Positions 37,657-50,332 of a stretch of DNA of 64,000 bases are shown in pieces. Source of the DNA: Eutreptiella sp. 'Long Island Sound 2002' (taxonomy: Eukaryota > Protista > Euglenida); contig OZ038378.1 of the NCBI GenBank assembly GCA_964036045.1, positions 3,286,001-3,350,000 on the forward strand, written 5' to 3'. Each line of letters begins with the position of its first letter. Positions within the stretch are counted from its first letter, which is position 1. Position numbers and translations under genes: made by a program. The notes beneath the pieces are model-generated. The model was not told the DNA's origin. It saw nothing but the letters and a program-made list of their open reading frames with translations, and made no database searches.

Positions 37657-38499
37657 TGCATGGCACCACCCACGGGCTCTTGTGGCTGCAGCCTCCCGCC
37701 CCTCCATGTGCCAGTACCGGACGTGCAGGGGCATTGTATTCTGATGTACACCAACGCCTGTCCTCCACGACTGGCCCGGCCGCAGTGCCGCCCGTCCCAC
37801 TGAACGGTCGGCTTGCATTGCGCTGCAGCCCCTGAGCAGGGCTGTCCTGTGGGAACAAATGGGTTCCCGGCGGGGGGTCAGGGGGAACCATCATCGAACC
37901 AACGCCGTACTCAGCGAGACGAAGATGCATCACTCTGTCTTAAGTTCTGGACTATTTCAGTAAGTGGGCTCAACTCTTGCAACAGCGAATTGATCTTCTC
38001 CGCCATGGCTCTTGCCCCCCCTCCCCCTTGCGCAAGCACGGCCTTGTCTAAGCACGTGGTGGGCGTTGCACCGCTGTTTTCAGAATTTTTTGGGACCACT
38101 GTTTTTGTGGTCCCAGATGTAACATGGGGTTTAAAAAAACATTTCACCGCACATTGCCACCCGACGATGTTTGTTTTGATGTGATTCTTAGCCATTCCTG
38201 ATATTCCTCTTCCACAGCCTATCACCATCTGCATCTGAGGGCTCTCCTGGATGTGGGCAGTCATGTGTGTTTGCCGCCGTGTGTGCCACACGCAAGCACA
38301 GTCTTGTCTAAGCCCGGGGTGGGCGTTGAACCGCTATTTTGCTTGGGTTTCTGGGACCGCGGCCGTGCTTGCGCAAGGGGGGGGGCGGGGTACAAGGGGT
38401 TACGCGAGGGTAGACGCCTGAGTTAGGTGCATCAATGGTGCGTAGCAGTAACACCCCCCACATTCCAGTCGTTTTTCGCCGTCATACTGTTATGCCCCC

Positions 38500-39280
38500 C
38501 CCGGCCCGCGAAGTGGAGCTCTGGAGCATCGCCTCCGAAAATGAGGTTAGAACTCAACGCATTCGCCTTTCTCTCCGGGCCCCTTTGCCCCTGACTATGA
38601 TAGCCTGCGGTTTCAGCCGGTCGCTCTTGTTGTGCTGGGACAATTGTCGCACGATTCGGAGGGGCTTTGTTGGCTGGAACAAGGGAAATCTCGGTCCAAC
38701 CCATCGCTTGCAATTTCGCTGGTACTCCAAGCGAACAGTAAATGATCCGTTGCTGACCCGGAGCTCTTGATGCAAACAGCCAGCGCATCCAAGAGCCCGG
38801 CTCTGTTGGGGGGTTTGGGGTTTGTTCTGCAATTTTTGGCAATACCCGAATGCATTTTGTTAGCTGTCTGTACTCATTAGGAAACATGATTCCTGCAGAT
38901 TTTGGAAGCACTTTTCATTCGCTATACACCGCAATACATCGGTCCTGCAGGTAAAGGCAGAGGTAGAACAGCAGGCCCCCGGCGAAGCGTTACCAGTCCC
39001 TGTCACGCCTCTTGCCTCGGACGGGGGCTATTTCTCATGCCGCATCTGGGATTCCAACTTTGTACCCACTGGTGAGGTGCCATGTTCTAGGTCAGCTGTG
39101 CCACGTGGCCTCGTATTATTCGCAAATATTTGCAATCATGAATTCCACACTTCCCTTCCACATTTGAAGCATGTTTCAGTTATTGTACGCCGCGGTACAT
39201 TTGTTCTGAAGGCCTCACGTCTGACTTGGTTTCTGAGAGGCTGCAGAAGTTGATAGTGATCCGTCATGAAATGTAATCCA
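38500..39280 (+). mobile_element. Heavily decayed hAT transposase 3' half
   Basis: WPRIIRKYLQS*IPHFPSTFEACFS...LVSERLQKLIVIRHEM* (39106-39276) resembles the hAT dimerisation region. Weaker hints lie upstream (AKWSS...RLELNAF; LEQGKSRSNPSLAISLVLQ). Confidence 0.55.
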
Positions 39281-40419
39281 AAAAGCGAAAATTTGAATGC
39301 TTTTGGAGCGACACTCTGTGCGATTGCGGAGTCGCTCTTTGGTTACAGTGTTTGTTGCAACAGGTCACTTGGCGGTCCATAGTCACCCGAAAGCGCTTTG
39401 TTTTAACTGAGGCCATGTGCAGGCCTAGAACCCTTTTTGAGTTAGTTCAGGCAGGATCGGGATGGTCTTCAGCAGACCAAAGGGCGCAAAGCCCCTTGAA
39501 ATGCTGCCAAGGGGGTGGGAGACACCATCGATCAGGGGGGCCAACACCGATTGGGGAACAAGGTCCATCAGACCTGGGTCTGCATCGACGACCGCTCGCT
39601 GCAAGCGAGGACACACGTGCCCCCACACTGACCATGGCATCCCCACAGACATCCACGGAGTGGGCTGCCGTGCCGCACCAGCCCCATCCTGCTACGAGTC
39701 ACCTCCTTCTCACAATCCACATTGGGCTTTGCTGTGCCGTGGATTGAAAGAAGGGGCAGTTAAGCAACACTGAGATTGGAATGCAAGTGATTCCAGCAAC
39801 GCTGCGATGCTTGAGGCCTTGGTCTCTTGCTGTTTTGTTTCGACCATTCTTGGACGTTGGGCGTTGTGGTTTGAAACGCTACGGATCCTTCTCTGAAACT
39901 CAAAGGTACGATGATGTTGTGGGAGGCCTAGATCCAGGATCGACCACACACACAAGATGTGATGGCCATCAGACCATTTCCCGAGACTTCTAACCCTTGC
40001 AACCTTCCCAATTCTTATGGCGCACGCTGAACTGCCACGGCGCCAAGCCAAAACCACTTTCGAAAAAGTGACAAAGCAAACCCTGAAGGTAGTAGCACTG
40101 TGCACGCCAGCTGTGACAGACATTATTGAGGTTCCTGGCACCTGGATACGTGTGTTGAGGAAAGGAAACCGAAGCAGCCAAAGTGCCAGTTTTGTATGCC
40201 TGTGTTTGCGTTCCACACGCCGCTGCCAATTTGCCCTAGTCAAGCTGGGGGAAGGGGCCCATTGAGGACTGCTCACACCAGGGTCTCTGACCACAGGTGG
40301 GACAAACGTGCCGAGATGTGATGGGGACACTGCAGGACTGTATGAAGCAGGGGGATCCTTTAGGAACTAGATTTTTTTTTTTTTGTTGAGGACCGCCCCT
40401 AAGGACCCCCCCAAGGGAC

Positions 40420-40625
40420 CACCAACCGCCAACCAGCAAACGCCACCAACCGCCAGCCACCAACCGCCGCCAACCGCCAGCGGCGACCAACCGCCAACCG
40501 TCAACCACTGCCAACCGCCACCACCAACCACCAACCGCCGCCAACCACCACCAACCGCCACCAACCGCCAGTCGCCAACCGCCAACCGCCATGATCGCCA
40601 CCAACCGCCAACCGCCAACCGCCAA
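40420..40625 (+). repeat. Degenerate (CCAACCG)n simple repeat
   Basis: Many ccaaccgcca/ccaaccacca units. Confidence 0.9.
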
Positions 40626-41725
40626 TCTTTTCCATCTACTCCCCCACCTCCATTTTTTTTTCACCCTTGGTGCGCACTGTGGTGTTGTTCTGGGGGTATT
40701 TGGTGTTTCGCTCGGTGTTGCCCCCTGTCTGATTTGGTTTGCTCTTGTCTTTTTTGCTCCGCGTTGCACTGCTTTCTGTCGGGGTTGGAGGGGTTGCACA
40801 CCTGTCTCATCTATGCGTGCAAATGAGAGGGGGAAGAGGTCAAGTCAAGTCAATCTCAGATCCGGATTGCTGAGAGGTCAAACATGCCTGAAGGTCCATG
40901 CTTTCTGAGCTATGAGGAGTGTATGTAGTACCGAGGGAGTGTGTGTGGGGCAGGGGAAGGGGGGAGGGATGACGACACGGGACGCGGGGTGTAGTCTGAT
41001 GCGCGAGAGCGGAACGCTCACAACTGCGGCATTCGGCCCCTGTTGCATCTGCCCAGGGAGGGGGCTGAGGGGGGCAAACTGTCCAGTTTGAGCCTACTGG
41101 AAGAATGCCCCTTACACCGAAAAGATTCAATCCCATTGAAGATGCAAAATACCAATCGATGGAGTGTTGTGGAGTCTTTTGCTGCACATAGGTTTGGCTG
41201 GGCTGTGGTTTTTTTTGGTTTCAGAAATTATTTGTGTTGTCCGGTAGGATCATCTGATTGAGAGCAGGGGGTGATCGAAAGGGTGCTTTGGTATTTGTCG
41301 GGCTATTATCTCCTGCAAGTAAGCTGCAGTTCTTTCTCTCCTGGTGCAAAGAAGATGTTGCCATGGAGGTCTGGATGCCGCCCTGACACAAAGGTAATCA
41401 ACAGCACTTGAAGGGCGCCTTACTGTGCTGTACCATGCAAGCGCAAGCGTGCTGCCAAAAATAGGCCAACCAGGTGGAGTGTTAAGCCCCAATTTGGGCA
41501 TGTGCAACTGCCGAACATTGAATGCCCTCTTCCTGGACAACAGGCGGGAGGAATGTCCACAAAACGGCCACAAACGGGGCACAAAGCGCTCCGCACACGC
41601 GCGCCACATACCTGCATACGTCCTGCATACACTCCTTTCCGTGACAGCATTGCTCGTTGGCTGGCGGTAGCCAACTTGTGTTTGTCCGCTCTGGCCATGG
41701 GGCCCAGGGTAAATGCTCTTGACTG

Positions 41726-44511
41726 ATGTACCGCAGCCCACAAAGCCACTGGTTCCGTGGCGCAACGTGCGACTCCTCGGACTCCGACTCCGACTCCGAG
41801 GACGAGGCGGCGGCGGCGGCAGCGCTCCAATCGAAGAAGAACGCCAAGGCCCTGGCAAAATGGAATGCGGCCGTCGGTCCCGGCGACTCAGTGTTCTGCT
41901 ACGTCCTGGAGGAGGATGAGACGGAGGCTGACGGACCTGCGGAGCAGCCCCAAAGCCCGAGTCCCCAAAGGGCAGACCAGAGCCCGCGCCACAGGTGCGC
42001 CCCCCGGTGTGCCTTGTGCGCTGCCTTGTGCGGCCCCGGGGGTCTTCCCCTCCCACAACACGGGGCGACCGGCGCCTCTGCTACAGTTGTCGTGGGTCAT
42101 CATTGAGCTGGCCCAGGATCAGCCAATGGGGCAACGCTGAGGGGTGACCCCGGGGGGGGGGGCCACTGACACGCAAGCGGCACACCATGCCACATTCAGC
42201 ACAGTCCCAACACACCAACCACTGGGCTCCGCGAACGCGGAAACGACACCAGCAAGAGCACCGGCCGCAGCGGCCGACAGAAAGTAGCGACCCGACGCAA
42301 CATGCGAAGGGAAGAACGGGTGACCGTCCAGGGCCCCGTAAAGGAGCAACAACCAGACGGAATGTCACACAGGGGGCACAGGCCTCATGTATATGAAAAA
42401 CACACTGCTGTTCGGACTGTAATTGTTTTAGGGCTTTATTGTTCGCTGGACACGGGGGGAGAGGGTACACTCAAGGCACCGATGGTCCTTTGCCGCACCC
42501 GAGCCGCTCCTGCCGGGTGCCCTTGCTCGCAGTGAAGGTGTTGTGTACACCCGAGTGCCGCTACTCACCGTTCATGGGGCAGGGCATTCGATTGTACTGT
42601 GTTCACGGTCACTCTGTCCGGCCCCGTCTTGACCCGCACCCCGGGACCGGATGCTCATTCCCTTTTTTCATGGGTTGCATGCAGCACAAGTGTCTCCCAA
42701 GCCTCCGGAGTGTGCGTCCCGTGCGGTTCCCAAAAAGTGTAAAGTGTGTCTCCCGCGATGTTCGTGCTACGCCCTACGCCCTATCTCCACCTCCGCCCCC
42801 CCCCCCCCGGCGTGCCGCATGCACCGCGTGTGTCGCACGCACGCCTCGTGGCGTCCCATTCCGGCCCCCGTGCATGCCTCTTTGCAGGCGGAAGGGCCCC
42901 ACGGAGGCGGCGCTGCCTGACGACGCCCTCGCAGCCCCCGCCACCGTCGTGCTGATGACGCAGACCCGGCGGCTGACCCTCCGGGGCCCTCTGTTGTATT
43001 GGGAGGTGCTGCTGCTGAACCCCAAGCGCCCCAAGACGCTGGCCGTCAGCAACGTGCGCCATTTCCGCCGCTGTGGGCTCACACGGACCGAGGGGCGTCC
43101 GTTGGCTCGGCAGCGCGTGTGGCTGCAGGTGCGTTGGTACCGCCCCGGTCCCTCCCTGTTGTTGTCCAAAAGAGGGAGAAGAAGCCGAAGCTAGGGGTGT
43201 TGGAGGGGGTGGCCCAAGCGGTGAGGGGAGGTGAGGAACTTAGAGGTTTCAATTTCGATTCCCACCCTGCTCTCTTGGACCCCTTGGGTGCGTGGGTGTC
43301 TCTCCTCCTAAGAAGGCAAGTGTAGTATAGCCACTTATGATTTTGTCCCTTTTTCTCCAGACCTCGAGAACGCAGTTACATAGCAATTCCGCCCACTTGT
43401 GGGCCCCCAAGAATTTATGCAGCCACTTGTGATTTTGTCCCCTATTCCGATGCCCGTTCTTCCGTCGGACGCGCAATACAGGAACGGGGGGGGGGAGGAA
43501 GGGGGGGTGGATAATTTCGACGCCAAGAAAAGGGGCGAAAATTTTCCCCCAGCGAGTTCAGATGCACGTGAGTACTGCGAATTCAGACATGTGCAGCGGT
43601 GTACTAGGCGGAGGGAAGGGACGAGGGGATGTTTGTTTGCAACATGCAGCGGTTGTGTGACTGGTATGCATTGGAGGCATCAGTAACCAGCCCACCAGGA
43701 CATAATGTCAAGCCTCAGGATCCCGGGACCGGGCTACGTCCACCCCACAAGGACAAGGGGGGTTTGGTTTGTCAGTTCGTGTTCGCGACTCCGTCCCACC
43801 CCCCTTCCATGGCGTCCAGCCAAACTTAGTTGCCACAAGAAGACAGTGCCACAATGATCAGCGCGGTTTGGCTATCATTTTGAGGTATGTTTGTTGTGAC
43901 CCACCCACCTTCCCCCATCCCTCCAACCCCGCCCCACCCAATCCCACCCCACATGTTTGGGGTTGGTGCAGTGGGGGGGGGGGGGCGAATTATGCAATCC
44001 GTGTATTTCCGCATATTTCCGCTTATTTTTTCGCATAATGTGGCTGACTGCCTTTTTGTCAATTGTGCTGTGCTGGCCTCTGGACTCAGCCCACAGGTGG
44101 GCGGGTAGGTAGATTGGTGGGTGTGCAGGGATAAGGCTGGGGGGGGAGGTGGCGGAATTGTCCCCCTCCGAACTCACCCCCGTCGAAGTTGTCCCCTGGC
44201 AACACGCGTTCCAGCCGCGCTGTCCGTCGTGTGCGCAGGTGCGCGGCTGCGATCCGGCGAGCGACCGCTTCCGCGTCGTGAAGTTCAACTTGGACAGCTA
44301 CGCCTTCGACCCGCAGCGCCCGCGGGCCCCGCAGAAGAACCGGGTGCAGTTCCAGGTCGTGGGGGCGAAGGGGGTGGTGTGCGCCCTGAGCACCGTCCTG
44401 GACGAGGAGTACGGCCTGGCCCTCGTCAATGGCCGCGTGCAGTTGCTGCCGTGGGAAGTGCTGGACTACGTCTTGGCGTTCCTGCGGCCCCCAGGGGCCC
44501 AGAGGACCTGA
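41726..44511 (+). CDS. Unknown protein with acidic N-terminal patch and C-terminal F-box-like motif; exons 41726(or 41737)-41994, 42888-43128, 44239-44511; 5' end uncertain
   Basis: GC3-rich exons joined by phase-matched GT-AG introns (phases 2 and 0). The protein ends ...VQLLPWEVLDYVLAFLRPPGAQRT*. Confidence 0.7.
43154..43446 (+). repeat. ~290 bp dispersed repeat; second copy at 51950-52240
   Basis: Near-identical ccctgttgttgtccaaaagaggg...gccacttgtgattttgtcccctatt at both sites. Confidence 0.9.
43729..44138 (+). repeat. ~400 bp dispersed repeat; second copy at 47884-48294
   Basis: Near-identical ccgggctacgtccaccccacaaggacaaggg...gcagggataaggct at both sites. Confidence 0.9.
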
Positions 44512-44857
44512 AGGCGCGGCAACATGGGGGGGTTTGGTTTGGTTTGGATCTCGGCTTGCGCCAAAGGTGGTGACCCACAGCCAGTGTGCCCGTACCTCAC
44601 CGGCTCGACTGGGTAGCCCCCCTGGTTGTCTGGTCTCACAGCCGCCCAGACTGCTGACGATCCCCGTACCTCGTCTAGGCGCTGACGAGAGGGAGATACC
44701 GCCGTGCCTGTATGTGTAGGCGCGCGTGCCGTGGGGGGGTCCTGGGGGGGGGGTTCAAGGCAGGGGCACACCTTTGTCGTGCTTCAGCAGGCCGTGGTTG
44801 GTGCGTGTGGGGGGTTGTGTGTGCGCGGTGCTCCGGGCCTCAGCAGCGGGGGGGGGG

Positions 44858-45068
44858 GGGATGCATTGGAAGGGGGGGAGCCCCCCTCCCCCCTCCTCCA
44901 GAGCGCCCAGCCTATGCCCAGCCACTGTCTCCCTGACGGCAACTGCCAGACTCAATGGCATTTGTAACCGACAGTAACCGCCCCCAACCGCTTCGCCAAC
45001 CTCCTCCAACCGCATACCTAACCGCTTCTGGGGCCGCCTCTGAGGTCCCTTCCCTTCTAACGCATCCC
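44858..45068 (-). mobile_element. MITE-like element copy 3 (reverse orientation)
   Basis: GGGATGCATTGGAAGGG ... CCCTTCTAACGCATCCC; the body is the reverse complement of copies 1 and 2. Confidence 0.8.
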
Positions 45069-45540
45069 GGGGGGGGGGGGGGGGATGGCGGCTGGTCCTG
45101 GTCCTGGGCTGCAGCCCTCCGCCACCCCCCCTCACCTGCGGGTTTCCGCACGTTCGTGTCGCCGCCCTGCCAATGGCAGGACCGGGGCCGCAGAAGAGCG
45201 CGTTCTCCATGAGCCGTGGCTCAGGGAGATCCGCATTATACCCACCAACCCAATCCTGAGGGTGGACGAAGGGACGAATGAACGACGTCTTTGTGCCTCA
45301 TGCACCCTGGGAAGCCTACGGGCGTGGTAGTCCCCCACTGCATAACCGGGTTTCAGACTCAGCTCATCCTCACTACGTGTCAGATCCGCTACCACAGTCA
45401 TTTGTGGGATCATCGTAGCACTGGACAGCTCTGAACCTTGATTCCGAGGGGTTGTCTCGAGTACCATAGTTACGGTGAGCAGGGTACGCCAGCTCATCTT
45501 GGTCGTGAGGGTGGACGAAGGAGTGCTGTCGGAAATGCAT

Positions 45541-45725
45541 TGTACGACGCGTCGGGGCGTCGTACAAGGCGTCGGGGCCCGACGCGTCGGGAGCGTACGA
45601 CGCGTCGTACAGTGTCGTACAAGGCGTCGGGGCCCGACGCGTCGGGGATGTACGACGCGTCGTACAGTGTCGTACAAGGTGTCGTACAGCACCAACACCG
45701 TACGACACAGTACGACATAGTACGA
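45541..45725. repeat. Palindromic 55-bp minisatellite, block 1
   Basis: GTACGACGCGTCGTAC at 45595 and 45650 (55-bp period). Confidence 0.95.
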
Positions 45726-45909
45726 CCGCCCTCCCCCTCTAGGCGGGTAAACGATGGCAGCGGACCGTCTTGGGGGAAGGGGGCCTTCGGCCCCCTTCCC
45801 AAATATTGGCACTTCGCGTCTACAACATGCCGACAGTGTCTACAATTAGCAGGCCGCGTCTACCTGTGGTGCACAGTGTCTACAGACCCCAGACCGCCCT
45901 CCCCCTGTG

Positions 45910-46013
45910 CAGAGTGTTGCTTAATAGAAGGGGGGGGGCAGAGTGTTGCTTAAGAGAGGGGGGGGGGGGCAGAGTGTTGCTTAAGAGAGGGGGGGGGGCA
46001 GAGTGTTGCTTAA
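45910..46013 (+). repeat. ~30-bp tandem repeat cagagtgttgcttaa(g/t)agagG(n), 3.5 copies
   Basis: Units start at 45910, 45939, 45970 and 45999. Confidence 0.95.
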
Positions 46014-46167
46014 GACACTGTACGACGCGTCGTACAGTGTCGTACAAGGCGTCGGGGCCCGACGCGTCGGGGATGTACGACGCGTCGTACAGTGTCGTAC
46101 AAGGTGTCGGGGCCCGACGCGTCGGGGATGTACGACGCGTCGGGAGGTGTCGGGGCCCGACGCGTCG
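46014..46167. repeat. Palindromic 55-bp minisatellite, block 2
   Basis: Perfect 28-bp palindrome at 46014-46041; units at 46020, 46075 and 46130. Confidence 0.95.
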
Positions 46168-49100
46168 TAAAATCCCTATTTCGACAGTAGTGGGACGAAG
46201 GCACGTGTACGGTACGTGTGTGTTGGCAGCATGCCGGTAGACAGGGCGGTTGAATGCAGTTGGTTCTGTCTCGGGGAGGCGTGCCTCTGGGCTGTGGGAG
46301 ATTTTTGGAAGGACATGTCGAAGAAATGTATTTTCGGGGTTGAGAATAGAACGTCTGTCTGTAGTATGACCCGCCCGACGGCGACCAGAGTCCACCAGCC
46401 TCTTCCGCCCCACGGTGCAACACCGCCCCTCGCACACAAGGAAGTGCAGGTACCCTCTGCCCCCCTCAGGAACGTTGTGGGAGACGTGGCCGATACACCC
46501 GTACCCTTCGCACCCTTCAACGCTCAACAAGCGGTTTGGGACACCCCTTCTGCAGAGGAGGGCGACACGTTGCTGCCACATTGTCGACAGCCTGGCCCCC
46601 TCATAAATAACAGCAGACACGCTCCAGATGGGGGGGGGGGGGGTGCCCCTGTTGATGGTTCACCCCCCTCCCGTGACAGTTGGTGCATCGCAGCCAGTCC
46701 GCCGGTGTTGGGGTCCGGTGACGCGTATCAATGTCTGAATCAATTTATTCGCAGAACGCTAGTTGCAGGAGGAGGGGGCCAGTGGTGTCTGACCATCAAC
46801 CCCCACCGGCTGGGAATTGGCAAACAAACCACGAGCACTTCCCTCGGGCGTGCAAAGACCCCAGCTCTCCCTCCGGCCCCTGTATTTTGTCCAGGTATAC
46901 CCGTAAGACACCTGTTAATGTGTCCCTAACATAGTGGCTACTGTCGGGGGAAAGAGGGCGAACCTAGAGCACGATGGCGGGTTCCTGAGGGCTGAGCGGC
47001 CTGCGCTGTGCCAGCTCCATGGGGCAGTTGTTGCAGCCCAAGGTCACAGGAGGGTAATCGCCGTCCACTGTGGGTCGGAGCCAACGGCCAACGCTTTTGG
47101 GATCGAATATTCTCCTTCGCGGTCGCAAGCCAAGCGCATAGGCCGCTTGACCGATGGAGTAGTGTCGGGGGTCATTGTGATGAGAGAGGCAAACACAGTT
47201 TTGTCTTTGGGGCTCGACACCCCAGCAGCGGAGATCCACCATCCGCTCCACAACCAGCAAGACCCTGACGGAGGGGTGCAGGACCTGGGCTGCTGAGGGG
47301 TAGCAAGTGGAATGGTGGCCGTCTCACGCTGCTCCCGCAGGAACACCTTCGCCCCCGCATGCTGCTGCTGTCTCACCTCACGCCATTGGAGCGGGGGATG
47401 GGGGGGGGCTACAGGTCCCAGGACGCGACGCCCTCTTCCCCCCGGCCTCCAAAGGCTACAGTTGGTTGCCAAAGCTACTGGCCTGGGGCGTCCACAGTTG
47501 CCGAAGGCGCCCGAAAGAAAACATTGTCCATGGCTGCCTGTAACTACATCATTGCTCTCCACTTTGGACCACGACCCTCAATTCCTGCCCCACCTTGCGG
47601 ACCCCATATGCAGCACGGGCTATGTAGCCGCTTTGATTACGTTTGTTAAACGTTCCGGTGCTATTTGACATCGACCAGCCCTTGTTCACTGGCCCAAATT
47701 ATTCCTCTCCATGTTGGAGTCCCCGAGAAGGCAGGGATTATGTAAATTCCCCTCCCCAATGAAACCTCCCTCCCTGCCCCCCCCCCCCCCCCAAAGGGCG
47801 CCTCTGGTCAACATTCAACTGGGGGCAACATTGCGTCATAACCAGGGATTTGGCCCCCCAATGCCTCATGCACTCTTGCAGCCACCGGGCTACGTCCACC
47901 CCACAAGGACAAGGGGGGTTTGGTTTGTCAGTTCGTGTTCGCGACTCCGTACCCCCCCTTCCATGGCGTCCAGCCAAACTTAGTTGCCACAAGAAGACAG
48001 TGCCACAATGATCAGCGCGGTTTGGCTATCATTTTGAGGTATGTTTGTTGTGACCAACCCACCTTCCCCCATCCCTCCAACCCCGCCCCACCCAACCCCA
48101 CCCCACATGTTTGGGGTTGGTGCAGTGGGGGGGGGGGCGGGGGGCGAATTATGCAATCCGTATATTTCCGCATATTTCCGCTTATTTTCGCATAATGTGG
48201 CTGACTGCCTTTTTGTCAAATGTGCTGTACTGGCCTCTGGACTCAGCCCACAGGTGGGCGGGTAGGTAGATTGGTGGGTGGCAGGGATAAGGCTAATTTG
48301 TGCGTCAATTCCACGGTATTTAATCTGTGTGGGTACATTGTCTTTGCCTTTGCTGCGGGTCCCCCTGCGAGGGAGGACCCGCCAATCAGTCGCAGGCCAA
48401 CACACCCCTTAAACCCCTCCCCTCTGCTCTGGACCCCTTCCCTAAACCTCCGTTAAACAACCAGCCCCAATGAAGGACATAAACAACAGTCTTTTAAAGA
48501 CAGGGGGCCACTGACAGCACCACTTCCAAAAATTTTTTCTTTTTTAACCACTTCTTCTGTGTCAAACAGGTGCTGTGTGATGGCTGGGTGCTTTGGCAGG
48601 CAGGGGGCCATAGTTGCTCCTCGAGGGCCCAAAGTTGGGCGGAATTTCAATGTAACCCCTGCATTCTCGGGGGTCCCCAACAAAGGGGACAGCAATGACC
48701 CGCGTTGGGCTCATGGAAAAATGCCCCGGGGGGTCCTGGAGCACGGTCCTTAACAAAAAAGTCTGGTTCCTTAAGGACCACCCGGGACACAAATCAAAAA
48801 ACTTACTTTGGCGATTACTCTGCACATTGCACACTGTGCAGGCACAGGCATGTGGTATGTTTCTGGGCAGAATGGACACATTGGAGTGGTTGGTGTGCGG
48901 TTTACCAGATATTCGGCACATCTTCGCTTCTTTTGCCTAACAAAGCTTCTCGCAAAAAAACATGCTTCACTTTGAAATACTGCAACTCGTCCCTCCTTCC
49001 TCTAGTGGCATAATCGACGCAACACATGCCGTTCGTTCCAACTTCTCCCGTGGTTTTGTCCTGAAAGCGGGCTAAACAACTTGGTTGAGGTTGTTGTGCC

Positions 49101-49539
49101 ATATGCAGTCATACTGTGCAAAGCATGTGGTGTATGAAGCAACACGAGGAAGACGGTGCAAGGCAATTTCTCAGTTGTTTATCTCCAAGGGGTTGCTTCC
49201 CGCATGCCGCATTTGCCATGGGGGAGGAGTTCTCCAAGTTCCTCCAACCTTTCTAAATGCATCATCACAGATCAACACCAATTAGACATTCCTTTCGACT
49301 TTTCTCCTAGAGATAATGCATGTTGATTTGTTGACACCGTTGCCCTCCGCAAAATAATGCAGGTGTTGGCTCCATGTCAGAGTCCGATGATGCTTGCAGG
49401 CACATCGTGGGAGATCATTTAAAAGAGTTCCTAACAGAAATGTGGCAACACACAAATATGGAACCATTGCATAGGACCAATTATCGTAGGCATAAGAGAG
49501 TACGAGGGGAGAGCGACATATCGTGTCTCGTCCCTACAG

Positions 49540-50332
49540 CTCTGTCCATTGTGAATTGCCCCAGATCCGAATGCCTCAAGCAAGGCCACAACAGCTACAG
49601 CCCCGAAGGGAACCACGGCCCAACGCGCGGACTTCACGCACCGCCGTCCTGCCCACCGGCCCTCCGATGGGGTTCAACGTAACTAGCACCCCGTCTCCGC
49701 GGGTGCTGAGTAGGCCAGGGCAATTCTCGCCATCTCCGGCATGGTCGCCGGCGGTGACTTCCAGTTGGCACTCAGTGCGGCACGTGTCCCCAGAGCATTG
49801 GTCGCCCGCATGCACACCAGGGGGGGGGGGGTCTGACCGACAGCAGGATTCACCTCACCTGCCCCCCGCCCTGCTGGCGCCCCTATTTGAGAGCGCCATG
49901 TCTACCCCGCGAAGGGACAGCACTCAGAGTGCGTCTGATGAGGACGTGCAACAGTATGCCGTCCGGTGTTCTACCCCCCCCGATCTGCCCCCCACCCCGC
50001 TGGCGCCACTTTTTGAGAGCGTGATGTCTGCCTCACGAGCGGACAGCACTCATCTTGAGTGCGATGAGGACATGGGTCGGTACGAAGTCCAGTACTCTAC
50101 CCCACCCTCCGTGGGGGAGTGGCCCCCTAACCCCTTTACCTTTCCCTCTCTTCGCGGAGCACAGCGTCTCTGCACGGAATTGCCTGGCATGGCCCGACAG
50201 GGCCAGGGATGGGTTCGTGACCCCCATGCACGACACTCCACCATGCTGTACAGCATGCAGGAGGGTGCTCTGTCTTCCAACAGCGCGGAGGGGCTCATGA
50301 AGCATGGACGGGCCTCACGTGAGGCAACCTAA
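49540..50332 (+). CDS. Probable terminal exon of an unknown Pro/Ser-rich protein with an in-frame 42-aa duplication
   Basis: Acceptor ctcgtccctacAG at 49539. 126-bp tandem units at 49859 and 49985 keep frame and show synonymous changes (ctg gcg ccc cta ttt gag agc / ctg gcg cca ctt ttt gag agc = LAPLFES). Confidence 0.55.

Noticed and set aside
38492-39076. 5' exons (MPPPAREVELW...; VKAEVEQQAPG...) of the 41726-44511 gene
   Set aside because: Phase-compatible, but they overlap a region better explained as a decayed hAT transposase, and no chain to 41737 could be supported.
45910-46013. CRISPR-like array (cagagtgttgcttaa repeats)
   Set aside because: The intervening sequences are near-identical G-runs, not unique spacers; no cas genes; eukaryotic context.
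48820-49500. MULE/SWIM transposase remnant (LPDIRHIFA, ACRHIV)
   Set aside because: Only partial look-alike motifs without correct Cys spacing; insufficient support.
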